UHGV virus genome: UHGV-1351447
Length of the DNA: 18,502 bases
Reading direction: 5' to 3' (one strand)
From: a virus
The notes below the pieces were generated by a model. That model worked only from the letters and a program-made list of their open reading frames with translations. It did not search any database and had not been told where the DNA came from. A program made the position numbers and the translations under genes. This document shows positions 5,565 to 14,154 of this stretch, in pieces (within the stretch, counting starts at the first letter, position 1; each line of letters opens with the position of its first letter).

Positions 5565-7046
5565 ATGGCAGTGAAGCAACCTAATATGAAAGCCGCCGAC
5601 TCGCCGATCGTCATGAAGGCGGGAGATACGGCAGCGCGCGAGACGGCTGCGCAGAAGGCGGTCGAAGCGACCATCAACGAGACTCCGGAGGTAGCGTCCG
5701 CGCTCGCAGCTCGCGGCATCCCGGCAACCTACGACTCGAACAATCGCGCTTACGTGGAGCTTGCCGGCACGACCGACGAGATCCATGCCATCGGGGAGTA
5801 TCTGACTAGCTACCAGCCCGCGCGAAACGCTTTCCTCAACGCGCTGGTGAACCGCATCGGCCTCACCATCGTGACATCGAAGCTGTACCGCAACCCCTGG
5901 GCGGTGTTCAAGCGCGGGTACCTAGAGTTCGGAGACACGATCGAGGAAATCTTCGTCAACCTCGCCGACGTTCACGGCTTCTACCCCGAGGGCGCGGAAG
6001 ACACGTTCGCCAAGCGCGAGCTTCCCGACGTGCGCACCGCGTTCCACCGCATGAACTTCCAGAAGTTCTACAAGACGACCGTCTCCTCCCAGCAGCTGCG
6101 CCAGGCGTTCCTGTCCTGGACGGGCGTTAGCGACCTGATCGCGCGCATCATCGAGTCTCTCTACACCAGCGCCGACACGGACGAGTACTACGTCATGCGC
6201 TACTTCCTGGCCAAGTGCCTCCTCAACGGCTACATCGGCTCGGTGGAGATTCCCGCGATCAGCAAGGACAACGCGATCGACATCGCCACGCAGTTCCAGT
6301 ACATGTCCGACCTGTTCCAGTACCAGTCCACGAAGTACAACATGGCCGGCGTGACCACCCACACCGATTTCGAAGACCAGTACTTCATCGTCACGGCCAA
6401 GTTCAAGGCCACGATGAACATGAACGTGCTGGCCACCGCATTCAACTTGGAGTACCGCGAGTTCCAGGCGCGCATGATCACGGTCGACACGTTCACCGAC
6501 TTCGACTGGGTTCGCATGGACGCGCTGTTCACCGACCCGGCCACCGGCCAGCTCGACCCCAACTACCACCGCTTCACGGAAGATGAGATCGCGCTGCTCG
6601 AGACCGTGCCGGCGGTGCTGGTGTCGCGCGATTGGTGGATGGTGCTGGACAACTACGTGGAGTCCGCGCAGTGGTTCAACGGCGAAGGGCTGTACTGGAA
6701 CCATTGGCACCATGTGTGGAAGACCATCAGCTGCTCGCCGTTCGGGCAGGCGGCCGCCTTCACCCCGACCGCCCCGACCATCACGAGCGTGACGGTCACG
6801 CCGGCGACCGCCACCCTTTCCAAGGGCGCGGATCTGCAGCTGAGCGCGGCCGTGGTCGGAACCGGCATCGTGAACCAGGGCGTGCAGTGGACGGTGACCG
6901 GAGGCGCTGCATCCGGTACGACCGTCACCAACGGCGGGTACCTGCACGTGGCGGCCAACGAGACGGCGACGACGCTCACCGTCACGGCAACCTCCATCCA
7001 GGACGGAACGAAGACGGGCGAATCCACCATCACCGTCACCGCATAG
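5565..7046 (+). CDS. Major capsid protein (phi29 gp8-like) with a C-terminal Ig-like domain (Big_2), 493 aa.
   Basis: Ribosome-binding site AAGGAG. Several segments align to phi29 gp8: RIGLTIV against RIGLVVI, and DWWMVLDNYVESAQWFNGEGLYWNHWHHVWKTIS against [34 protein letters not shown]. The last ~95 aa are T, V, A, G-rich beta strands typical of Big_2. Confidence 0.9.
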   Translation: MAVKQPNMKAADSPIVMKAGDTAARETAAQKAVEATINETPEVASALAARGIPATYDSNNRAYVELAGTTDEIHAIGEYLTSYQPARNAFLNALVNRIGLTIVTSKLYRNPWAVFKRGYLEFGDTIEEIFVNLADVHGFYPEGAEDTFAKRELPDVRTAFHRMNFQKFYKTTVSSQQLRQAFLSWTGVSDLIARIIESLYTSADTDEYYVMRYFLAKCLLNGYIGSVEIPAISKDNAIDIATQFQYMSDLFQYQSTKYNMAGVTTHTDFEDQYFIVTAKFKATMNMNVLATAFNLEYREFQARMITVDTFTDFDWVRMDALFTDPATGQLDPNYHRFTEDEIALLETVPAVLVSRDWWMVLDNYVESAQWFNGEGLYWNHWHHVWKTISCSPFGQAAAFTPTAPTITSVTVTPATATLSKGADLQLSAAVVGTGIVNQGVQWTVTGGAASGTTVTNGGYLHVAANETATTLTVTATSIQDGTKTGESTITVTA

Positions 7047-7059
7047 CCTATGTTCCATC

Positions 7060-7090
7060 GAGGGCGGGATTCGTTTCCCGCCCTCCTTTC
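7060..7090 (+). terminator. Hairpin GAGGGCGGGA-TTCGTT-TCCCGCCCTC followed by CTTTCC. A possible partial terminator or attenuator after the capsid gene.
   Basis: A perfect 10-bp GC-rich stem 14 nt after the capsid stop. The U-tract is weak. Capsid genes are commonly followed by leaky terminators. Confidence 0.4.
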
Positions 7091-7105
7091 CGAAGGAGGT
7101 GAGAA

Positions 7106-8731
7106 ATGTACCAGCCCAGCACGGAGATCCGCATAGGCACGGTTCCATGGAACCCGAACTACAAGCACGTTCGATGGTATCCGAACCTGAACGCCCAGAT
7201 TTCGGGCGTAGCTTCGTTCATGGACGCTCAGCGGACGATATCCACGTACACGTACCAGCGCCTTGAATCGGCTATAGACGTGGACGGCAACCCCGAGCAA
7301 TACTACAATTACAACTACGTCATGTTCCAGAACGAGAACTTCGGGACTAAGTGGTTCTACGCGTTCATCACGCGCGCAGAATACAAGACGGCTAACACCA
7401 CGCGCTTGCACTTGGAACTGGATTACGTGCAGACCTACATGTTCGACTACGACTTGAAGCCGTGCTTCGTGGAGCGCGAGCATGTGAACGACGACTCGAT
7501 AGGCGCTCACGTCAAGGACGAGGGAATAGATCCCGGCGAGCTTAAATGCACGTACTCCGTGATCGACAACGACGACATGGATTGCTACATGGTCGTTGCC
7601 AGCGCCGTGGAGCCGCTGAAGGACGGAACGTACGTCAACAACGGCGGGGACAAGTACATGGGCGTTACCAGCGGGACGAGCTTGTCGGTGTTTTTGACCG
7701 TGGACGACTTCAAGGGCTTCATGAAGGCGTTGTCCGACAACGGCCAGCAGGACGCGGTGAGCCAGGTCTACATGGTGCCGCGCGCCGCCATCCCGACTAT
7801 CGTCAAGAAGTCCGACGGGTGGGGATACTGGGTGGACTCGAACGCGGACACGCCCCAGGTAACGAAGGACTACGCGCTCGGCTTCACCAGCCTCGACGGC
7901 TACGTCCCCAAGAACAACAAGATGTTCTGCTATCCGTTCCAGTACGCTGAAGTGACCAACTTCACCGGAGCCGACCAGCAGTTCCGGCTCGAATTCTGCG
8001 GAACGCCCGGAACGCTGAGCTTGCAGAAGACCGGCGGGTGCGATGCGAACTCGCGTCTGGCCTACATCCCGCTGAACTACAACGGGGTGAACCGCTTCGT
8101 CGAAGGAGCCGTCTACTTGGAGAAGTACCCCACTTGCAACTGGGTGTACCAGGCGTTCGCCAACATGCTCGGCGCGTCCCAGGCGGACACGTCGTTCGGA
8201 TTGTCGTTCAACTCGATGAGCCAGCTGCCCTACGTGAACTCCTTCATCGACTCCACGCAGAACATCATCGGAGGGGCTCTGCAAGGCCTGTCTTCGGGAA
8301 ACGTCGCCGGGGCTGCCGCGAGCATGATCAACTCCACGATCAACGGAGCGCAAGACCTTACGAACACCTTCGCGAACTTCTCGAAAGCATCGAAGACCCC
8401 GAACACGCAGCGCGGAGGCACTAACTCGACTACCGCGCTCGTGAACTTCGGAACCTACACGATAGGCGTTCGCAAGTACACGTGCCGAGCCGAGATAGCC
8501 CGCCAGATCGACGACTTTTTGAGTGTGTACGGCTACAACGTGTCGGTCGTGAAAACACCTAACGTCACGGGGCGCGCTTCATGGAACTACGTGAAGACCG
8601 TCGCCGCGAACATGAGCGGATCGGTTCCGGCCGGATACCTGGCGATGTTCAACAGGCTGCTCGACTCCGGAGTCACGTTCTGGCACACGGACGACGTGGG
8701 CAACTACAGTTTGGGCAATGCTATAATATAA
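7106..8731 (+). CDS. Tail knob or distal tail tube protein (phi29 gp9-like), 541 aa.
   Basis: Ribosome-binding site GAAGGAGGTGAG. The segment YNYVMFQNENFGTKWFYAFITRAEYKTANTTRLHLELDYVQTYMF aligns with phi29 tail protein [43 protein letters not shown]. It lies between the capsid and portal genes, as gp9 does. Confidence 0.75.
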   Translation: MYQPSTEIRIGTVPWNPNYKHVRWYPNLNAQISGVASFMDAQRTISTYTYQRLESAIDVDGNPEQYYNYNYVMFQNENFGTKWFYAFITRAEYKTANTTRLHLELDYVQTYMFDYDLKPCFVEREHVNDDSIGAHVKDEGIDPGELKCTYSVIDNDDMDCYMVVASAVEPLKDGTYVNNGGDKYMGVTSGTSLSVFLTVDDFKGFMKALSDNGQQDAVSQVYMVPRAAIPTIVKKSDGWGYWVDSNADTPQVTKDYALGFTSLDGYVPKNNKMFCYPFQYAEVTNFTGADQQFRLEFCGTPGTLSLQKTGGCDANSRLAYIPLNYNGVNRFVEGAVYLEKYPTCNWVYQAFANMLGASQADTSFGLSFNSMSQLPYVNSFIDSTQNIIGGALQGLSSGNVAGAAASMINSTINGAQDLTNTFANFSKASKTPNTQRGGTNSTTALVNFGTYTIGVRKYTCRAEIARQIDDFLSVYGYNVSVVKTPNVTGRASWNYVKTVAANMSGSVPAGYLAMFNRLLDSGVTFWHTDDVGNYSLGNAII

Positions 8732-8745
8732 GAAAGGAGGTATGC

Positions 8746-9738
8746 ATGAACCCTATCCAATCCACTACCACCCCTTACGGCCTTCCCTGGGGCAACATGC
8801 CCAAGAACGCGCACAAATCCGCTCGAGAGCTGGACAACGTCGCCATGAACTCGCAAACGATGTTCCTCTGGCAGATGCGCCTGTACGAGCTGGCGATGAG
8901 CGTTTTCGAGTGGGAGAACCTGCCGGAGGGCATCAACGAGCGCCAGATCGAGTGGTGGCTGCTTCGCGACGGATTCTGCGTGTTCCTGCACGACGAGGAT
9001 ATCGCGCTCGACCCGATCCAGCGCAGCCCGGAAGGCTACGCCATCATGCAGTGCATGTTGGAGGGAAACTTCGACATCTACTCGCAGCCGGTGAACCGCA
9101 TAGCCTACTCGGTGATGGGGGTCAACATCCCGCTCACCATCGAGAACTCCGTCATAATCTGGAATTCGAACTTGCGCGTGCCTACCTGGTTCGCGCTCAA
9201 CATGTACGCCAAGAAGCTGTGGGCGATAGACCGGGCGATCGATGTGAACGTGTACCAGCAGAAGACCCCGCGCGTGGTGAAATGCTCGCAGAAGCAGCGC
9301 CTGAGCTTCGAGAACATGATGGCGCAGGTGGACGAGTACAAACCCCTCATCATGACGGACAAGGACTTCGACCTCGAATCCATCGACATCCTCGACAACT
9401 CGTCGCCGTACGTGGCAGAGCAGCTCTACGAGCTGAAGGACAAGTACTGGAAGGAAGCGCTGGGATTCCTCGGAATCGCCAGCTCCGAGTCCAAGTCGGA
9501 GCGCGTCATCGTGGACGAGATGCTGGCCAGCCTCGGCGGCACGGAGGCGCAGCGGCTGTGCCGCCTCGAATCCCGGCAGTTCGCGTGCAAGCAGATAAAC
9601 GAGATCTTCGGTCTTGACGTTGACGTTCATTTCCGCGTGTCGGAGAAACGCCAAGAAGAGCAGTGGGCTGTCGCCGACGGCGAATTCAATGAAAGCGAGT
9701 ACGCCGAGGAGAACGGGATCGAGGTGAACGGAGAATGA
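8746..9738 (+). CDS. Portal, the upper collar connector (phi29 gp10-like), 331 aa. The true start is the ATG at 8746, not 8581.
   Basis: Ribosome-binding site AAAGGAGG at 8733-8740. VFEWENLPEGIN matches phi29 gp10 LFEWENLPPTIN. NVYQQKTPRVVK matches NQNAQKTPVLIR. KQINEIFGLDVDVHFR matches KINELYGLNVKVKFR. The acidic C-terminus also matches. Confidence 0.88.
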   Translation: MNPIQSTTTPYGLPWGNMPKNAHKSARELDNVAMNSQTMFLWQMRLYELAMSVFEWENLPEGINERQIEWWLLRDGFCVFLHDEDIALDPIQRSPEGYAIMQCMLEGNFDIYSQPVNRIAYSVMGVNIPLTIENSVIIWNSNLRVPTWFALNMYAKKLWAIDRAIDVNVYQQKTPRVVKCSQKQRLSFENMMAQVDEYKPLIMTDKDFDLESIDILDNSSPYVAEQLYELKDKYWKEALGFLGIASSESKSERVIVDEMLASLGGTEAQRLCRLESRQFACKQINEIFGLDVDVHFRVSEKRQEEQWAVADGEFNESEYAEENGIEVNGE

Positions 9739-10409
9739 GCAAGTACAGCTTGCAGCTTCGCTGGCTGGTCGAACAGACGCTTGCAAACGGCGGCTGGGAC
9801 TTGCACGAGGACAACTGGAACAACGCCTACGACAAGCTGGGCTTGGCCGACTACCCGATCTTCGACGAAGCGTACCGCGAGACGCTGAACAACAAGATAA
9901 TACGCCATTACTGGATGTACGAGATCGGTTCCGAAACCGCCGGCCTTTTCCGCTGGAACCTGCGCGACGCTATGTTCATGGTCATGCCGTACTACAATCA
10001 GATGTATCTGTCGGAGATCACGGCGAAGGGGATCCAGCCGCTCATCGACCACACGCGGACGATCACGGAAGACGCGACCGGCACCGCCTCCAACAACGCG
10101 AACACGAGCGCGACATCTACCAGCAACGCGCAGGACATTTTCAGCGACACTCCGATGTCGGCGCTCAACTTCGACAACATCAAGGCGGGCAACTACGCGT
10201 CCACGGCGGACTTCACCGATGCTTCCACGACGGATTCCGGAAAGTCGGATTCGAGCGGCATGTACGACAACAAGCTGTCGCGCACGGAAACCGGGCACGA
10301 CAAAGCGGAATCCGAACTGCTCTTGATTTGGCGAGACACGTTCGTTAATATAGACCGTGACATAGTGGAAGACAAAGCGCTGCGCGAATGCTTCATGACG
10401 ATATGGTAA
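9735..10409 (+). CDS. Lower collar protein (gp11-like), 224 aa. The call rests on position only.
   Basis: Its ATG overlaps the portal stop (ATGA), and GGAGA serves as a ribosome-binding site. It is directly downstream of the connector, as in phi29. A Ser, Thr, Asn-rich loop (TGTASNNANTSATSTSNAQ) is consistent with a tube-forming loop. No sequence I could match from memory. Confidence 0.45.
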   Translation: MSKYSLQLRWLVEQTLANGGWDLHEDNWNNAYDKLGLADYPIFDEAYRETLNNKIIRHYWMYEIGSETAGLFRWNLRDAMFMVMPYYNQMYLSEITAKGIQPLIDHTRTITEDATGTASNNANTSATSTSNAQDIFSDTPMSALNFDNIKAGNYASTADFTDASTTDSGKSDSSGMYDNKLSRTETGHDKAESELLLIWRDTFVNIDRDIVEDKALRECFMTIW

Positions 10410-10419
10410 GGAGGAGCGC

Positions 10420-10878
10420 ATGAACCAGCCGACACCGGATGTAGCGCCGTTTCGCTACTACGTGCAAATGGTTCTGCCGGCCGTCTACGGCGACGAGCTG
10501 AGCTATTACGAGGTGCTTGCCAAGGTGACCGAGAAGCTGAACGAGGTCATCGAGAATTTGAACAAGCAGGGTCAGAACGTGAACGACCTGATGGCGTTCT
10601 ACAACCAGCTGAAAGCGCAGGTGGACGCGCTTGAAAACGAGGTCGATGCTATCAAGAACGGCGAGTACGTGCATCTGTACCTCGATTCCATCATAAACTG
10701 GATCGATGCGAACCTGCAGTGCCTGGTGGCCAGGATCGTCAAGTTCGTGTGCTTCGGGCTTGGCGACGACGGCCATTTCAAGGCGTACATCCCCGCTACC
10801 TGGCAGTTCTTGCAGTTCGACACGGGAATGAACCCGGACGACTCGACCACGTACGGGCATCTCATCATCAAATGGTAA
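10420..10878 (+). CDS. Structural hypothetical protein, 152 aa, with a coiled coil. Possibly an appendage adaptor or neck component.
   Basis: Ribosome-binding site AAGGAGG. It sits in the late structural block between collar and tailspike. The heptad-like segment is KLNEVIENLNKQGQNVNDLMAFYNQLKAQVDALENEVDAIKN. Confidence 0.5.
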   Translation: MNQPTPDVAPFRYYVQMVLPAVYGDELSYYEVLAKVTEKLNEVIENLNKQGQNVNDLMAFYNQLKAQVDALENEVDAIKNGEYVHLYLDSIINWIDANLQCLVARIVKFVCFGLGDDGHFKAYIPATWQFLQFDTGMNPDDSTTYGHLIIKW

Positions 10879-10889
10879 AGGAGAGAATC

Positions 10890-12518
10890 ATGGCAGAATC
10901 CACGAAGAACATGACGGTGGGCGCGGGAAGCGCGAGCGCGAGCGTCACCGCCACCGTCACCGACCAGATGCCGGGCGTTCCCTGCCCGACGACTCCGGGT
11001 TTCACCTATACCGGAATGCGCTACGTTCCGGTGTTCGCAGACCCGCCGGAATGGTCTAGCGCGAACAGCTACGAGCCGTTGGAGATCGTCATCCACGAGG
11101 GGAATTCCTACACGTCCAAGACTTTCGTCCCCGTCGGCATCGACATCGCGAATTCACAGTACTGGGTGCTTACGGGCAACTACGATGCGCAAGTAGAACA
11201 GTATCGACAGGAAGTAGCAAAGCTTTCTAGAGACGTGGGAGAGCTGGAGAAGTCGGTTTCTTATCTGGATAATTTCAATGTGCCAGAGCAATTCGGAGCC
11301 GTTGGAAATGGAATCGCAGACGACACGGTGGCCATTAGAAGCTGGCTGCAAAGCGGCGAATCGCTGGCTTTGAAGCCCGGTAAAACCTATTTGACTGATT
11401 CTATCACCGTGTCGTCTGCGGTTAAAGTGATCTTGGGATTCAATGCCACTCTGAAATTCAATCCTAATCAAGCTAATGCCTGTGTCGTGATAGATTCCGC
11501 TAGGTGCGATATCCAGGGAATCACGATAGATTGCAACGGAAACGGAATAGGAGTCACTTCGCAAGCAACGCGCTGCACCATATCGAAATCACAAATATTG
11601 AATTTCACGCGGATAGGCCTGCAAACCCTAACCGGGACGACTTCTGGGTATGAGGCAGTGTTCGATACTCTTTATATCGTGGCTGCGGACAAAGCAGATT
11701 ACGGCGTGTATGTTAAACGTGCCGATTGCATCTTCAATAATGTAGTGACTCAAGATTGCATGACTGCTTTTAGATTTGATCAGGGTTCCGCGCTTATAAG
11801 CAATTTGCATTCATGGAATCGTGCGGTACATGCTACCGAAGAATCGGTGATGTTCTCGATTTTCACGCCCGATGTTATCCTGGCGAATAACGTGTATTGC
11901 GATACGATCAAATATCTGATTAACGTTCCGACAACTGTAACCCCCACCGCGACTATAACAGTTAAAAACGCTCTCATGCTGGCACCGAAAGGGTTCGTTC
12001 AGTTCATCTGCAAAACCTATTCGGGGGCGACCAACACATACGGCGTGCACGTTCAATACAATAATTTTCCGGGCAGGAACCCGAAAACCTTTAACGTGAG
12101 CGCGTTTCAAGGTATCGCGGAAAGCATGATCAGGGTGGCAGATGGATCAGAAGTTCTTGCCCCGACTTATACTTCAATGAGGAACACGATAGGATGGGGC
12201 TTCAAACCAGGACTCGTGAATACGCCGAATACCGGAATGAGCGTGTACCGCCAACTGTTGAACATAGGCTATATCGGATACTTCGATCTTACCTCTACGA
12301 CTGAAATCACGCCTTCAGACGGATATGTTGCAATCGGAAACATGCCTCCGGTTTCTTCTACTGAAACAGGTCTTCGAACTGTTGGATTCTGCAAAGTGGG
12401 GGATGAAATGAGGGTTATAGCGTTTGATTATTCAGATAAAACGGTTAAAGTCGAAGCAAGCGCCAATATTCCGGCGAAAACGCGGATAGCCGGCAACGTG
12501 TTCTTTTCCATGTACTAG
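10890..12518 (+). CDS. Tailspike, or pre-neck appendage (gp12-like): a conserved N-terminal anchor, then a coiled coil, then a pectate-lyase-superfamily right-handed beta-helix depolymerase. 543 aa.
   Basis: Ribosome-binding site AAAGGAGAG with the ATG at 10890. The track ORF 10719 is an N-terminal extension of this frame. FGAVGNGIADDTVAIRSWLQSG matches the pectate-lyase-3 (GH28-like) beta-helix N-cap motif (YGAKGDGVTDDTAAIQAAI). Repetitive beta-strand segments follow. Confidence 0.75.
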   Translation: MAESTKNMTVGAGSASASVTATVTDQMPGVPCPTTPGFTYTGMRYVPVFADPPEWSSANSYEPLEIVIHEGNSYTSKTFVPVGIDIANSQYWVLTGNYDAQVEQYRQEVAKLSRDVGELEKSVSYLDNFNVPEQFGAVGNGIADDTVAIRSWLQSGESLALKPGKTYLTDSITVSSAVKVILGFNATLKFNPNQANACVVIDSARCDIQGITIDCNGNGIGVTSQATRCTISKSQILNFTRIGLQTLTGTTSGYEAVFDTLYIVAADKADYGVYVKRADCIFNNVVTQDCMTAFRFDQGSALISNLHSWNRAVHATEESVMFSIFTPDVILANNVYCDTIKYLINVPTTVTPTATITVKNALMLAPKGFVQFICKTYSGATNTYGVHVQYNNFPGRNPKTFNVSAFQGIAESMIRVADGSEVLAPTYTSMRNTIGWGFKPGLVNTPNTGMSVYRQLLNIGYIGYFDLTSTTEITPSDGYVAIGNMPPVSSTETGLRTVGFCKVGDEMRVIAFDYSDKTVKVEASANIPAKTRIAGNVFFSMY

Positions 12519-12529
12519 GAAGCAATAAG

Positions 12530-12895
12530 ATGGCTGCCGAACCGACAGGCGGGGGAAACCCCAACTTCTTCAAGACCTTCAAGGGGGCGTATGTCCACGC
12601 CCCCTCCCCTGAAGCGATGTTCACCAGCGAGCGGGTCATGCTGTCCTGCGTGAACGACGTGCAGTTCCAAGGCGACTGCATGATCATGAACTACACGCCG
12701 GGCGCGACGCTCACGACGCTGCCTCCGGAATGCCGGCCGTCGACCGAGGTTCGCGTTCCCGTGGTCGTGGATACGCGCCTTGACGTGCTGGCGGTGCAGA
12801 CGAACGGGGTCGTTTCCCTGAACGCCTCCACCGACGGCATGGTGTATCTGGCGGGACTGTCCTTCAATATAAGCATGAACTGGTATTCTAATTAG
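12530..12895 (+). CDS. Hypothetical protein, 121 aa, downstream of the tailspike. Possibly a tailspike-associated factor or a beta-sandwich protein.
   Basis: An AGGAAG-like ribosome-binding site 5 nt before the ATG. High-GC coding composition. No motif recognised. Confidence 0.45.
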   Translation: MAAEPTGGGNPNFFKTFKGAYVHAPSPEAMFTSERVMLSCVNDVQFQGDCMIMNYTPGATLTTLPPECRPSTEVRVPVVVDTRLDVLAVQTNGVVSLNASTDGMVYLAGLSFNISMNWYSN

Positions 12896-12907
12896 GCGGA
12901 ATCAAAG

Positions 12908-13086
12908 ATGGATGTTAACGATATTGTCACTCTTATTGGTAGTCTGGGCTTCCCTATTGTGGCTTGCGTGGGCATGTTTTACCTGTACAATCGTACTCTT
13001 AAGGACTTTACTAGCACACTTAGCGACATTGCGAGCGAGATTAGGGAGCTACGGGAAGAACTTAAAGAGCTGATCAAGAATGCTTA
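12908..13086 (+). CDS. Putative holin, 59 aa: one transmembrane helix and a charged, coiled C-terminus. Not in the ORF track.
   Basis: Sequence MDVNDIVTLIGSLGFPIVACVGMFYLYNRTLKDFTSTLSDIASEIRELREELKELIKNA. The hydrophobic core is IVTLIGSLGFPIVACVGMFYLY. It is AT-rich. It overlaps the GH25 lysozyme gene by 7 nt. Confidence 0.55.
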
Positions 13087-13754
13087 GGGGAATCGACATA
13101 TCCAACTGGCAAGCAGGGTTGGATGCGGATGCGGTGTTTCCCAACGTGGACTTCGTGATCTGCAAGGCTACCGAGGGCGTGGGTTTCGTGGACGGGTACT
13201 GCGACAGCTGGGTGCAGTGGTGCCGCGCTCACGGAAAGCCGTGGGGGTTCTACCACTTCGCGAATGGCAATGCGCCCGCTAAGGAAGCCGCGTACTTCAT
13301 CAACAACACCAGCAACTATTTCGGCGAGGGCGTGCCGGTGCTTGACTGGGAGGGCGACCAATCGGTTGACTGGGTGAACGAGTTCGTGAAGATCGTCCAC
13401 GATCAGACGGGAATCTGGCCTTGGATCTACGCCAACCCATGGCGCTTCAACCAGGGCGGCGTGGAGCAGAACTGCATGCGCTGGATCGCGAGCTATCCGG
13501 ACGTGCTTCGCCCAGGCCTCGACTTCGACCCTGGCGAGCCTCCGGAGACGGACGGGCTTGTGGGATGCTGGCAGTACGCGTCCGACGGACAGGTGCCCGG
13601 ATATGCCGGGAACCTGGATGTGAATCACTTCTTCGGGAGCGTCGGCGCATGGTCGGCGTACACGGGTGTTCCGTCTTCGGGACAACCTTCTGAACCGACT
13701 GGTCAGTCGGTTTTGGAGAACGATAGATTCCGCGTGACAATTGACGAGAAGTGA
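13080..13754 (+). CDS. Endolysin, a GH25 muramidase (lysozyme), 224 aa.
   Basis: The N-terminus GIDISNWQ is the GH25 (Cpl-1 or Cellosyl-type) signature, followed by the family's DFVICKATEG and WGFYHF blocks. It sits immediately after the holin. Confidence 0.85.
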   Translation: MLRGIDISNWQAGLDADAVFPNVDFVICKATEGVGFVDGYCDSWVQWCRAHGKPWGFYHFANGNAPAKEAAYFINNTSNYFGEGVPVLDWEGDQSVDWVNEFVKIVHDQTGIWPWIYANPWRFNQGGVEQNCMRWIASYPDVLRPGLDFDPGEPPETDGLVGCWQYASDGQVPGYAGNLDVNHFFGSVGAWSAYTGVPSSGQPSEPTGQSVLENDRFRVTIDEK

Positions 13755-13762
13755 TGTATGAT
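13734..13762 (+). promoter_or_regulatory. Candidate promoter gTGACA-17-TATGAT overlapping the lysozyme stop codon, predicted start site near 13769.
   Basis: GTGACA at 13734-13739, a 17-nt spacer, then TATGAT at 13757-13762. Each box matches consensus at 5 of 6 positions. Confidence 0.35.
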
Positions 13763-13765
13763 GGT

Positions 13766-13936
13766 TATGCGCCGGAAAGCAAGCTATCTTCTGCGTCTGT
13801 GGGGCACCCGGTGAAACGGGCACGGGCGCATACGGAGAACAGCCCCCTCTGTGATAGTCTTTTCGGTTAGCGCCCTTTGACTTAGCCCCTGTCGCTTGGA
13901 CATCCATGATGGCAGGGGCTTCTTCGATAAAGGGCG
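13766..13936 (+). ncRNA. Candidate structured RNA in the intergenic region upstream of the packaging-ATPase operon. It could be a pRNA-like molecule or a structured leader.
   Basis: A 208-bp gap in an otherwise tightly packed genome. Domain 1: an 8-bp stem TATGCGCC (13766-13773) pairs with GGCGCATA (13825-13832) and encloses the hairpin CCCG-GTGAAA-CGGG (13807-13820). Domain 2: an 8-bp stem CGCCCTTT (13871-13878) pairs with AAAGGGCG (13929-13936) and encloses a nested 8-bp stem AGCCCCTG (13884-13891) pairing with CAGGGGCT (13913-13920), which contains small inner hairpins. Confidence 0.3.
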
Positions 13937-13962
13937 GGCATTCCAAGTCAAAGGAGGAACCC

Positions 13963-14154
13963 ATGAAATTAAGAGAGATTTGCAATCTAATAGGCGATGA
14001 TGAAGTTATAATCTGCTGTGATGGGTTCGATATCAGGATCATTGCAAATGATGTCAATGATAATCAGTTTACGTCTCCATTTTCAACTGAAGACGTGGTG
14101 AATCTAAAGGCTGTATACAATGACAGCGTTTGCGCTATAGTGGTGTATATTTGA
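13963..14154 (+). CDS. Small hypothetical protein, 64 aa, AT-rich, translationally coupled to the packaging ATPase.
   Basis: Ribosome-binding site AAGGAGG at 13951-13957 with the ATG at 13963. Its TGA overlaps the ATPase ATG (TGATG at 14152-14156). Sequence MKLREICNLIGDDEVIICCDGFDIRIIANDVNDNQFTSPFSTEDVVNLKAVYNDSVCAIVVYI. The track ORF 13906..14154 is an N-terminal extension. Confidence 0.5.
   Translation: MKLREICNLIGDDEVIICCDGFDIRIIANDVNDNQFTSPFSTEDVVNLKAVYNDSVCAIVVYI

Noticed and set aside
8581-8745. Upstream extensions of the portal ORF (8581), the tailspike ORF (10719) and the ATPase ORF (14130).
   Set aside because: Each extension overlaps the 3-prime end of the preceding gene in another frame, and each has a strong ribosome-binding site before an internal ATG (8746, 10890, 14154). 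The homologous phi29 proteins begin at the internal positions.
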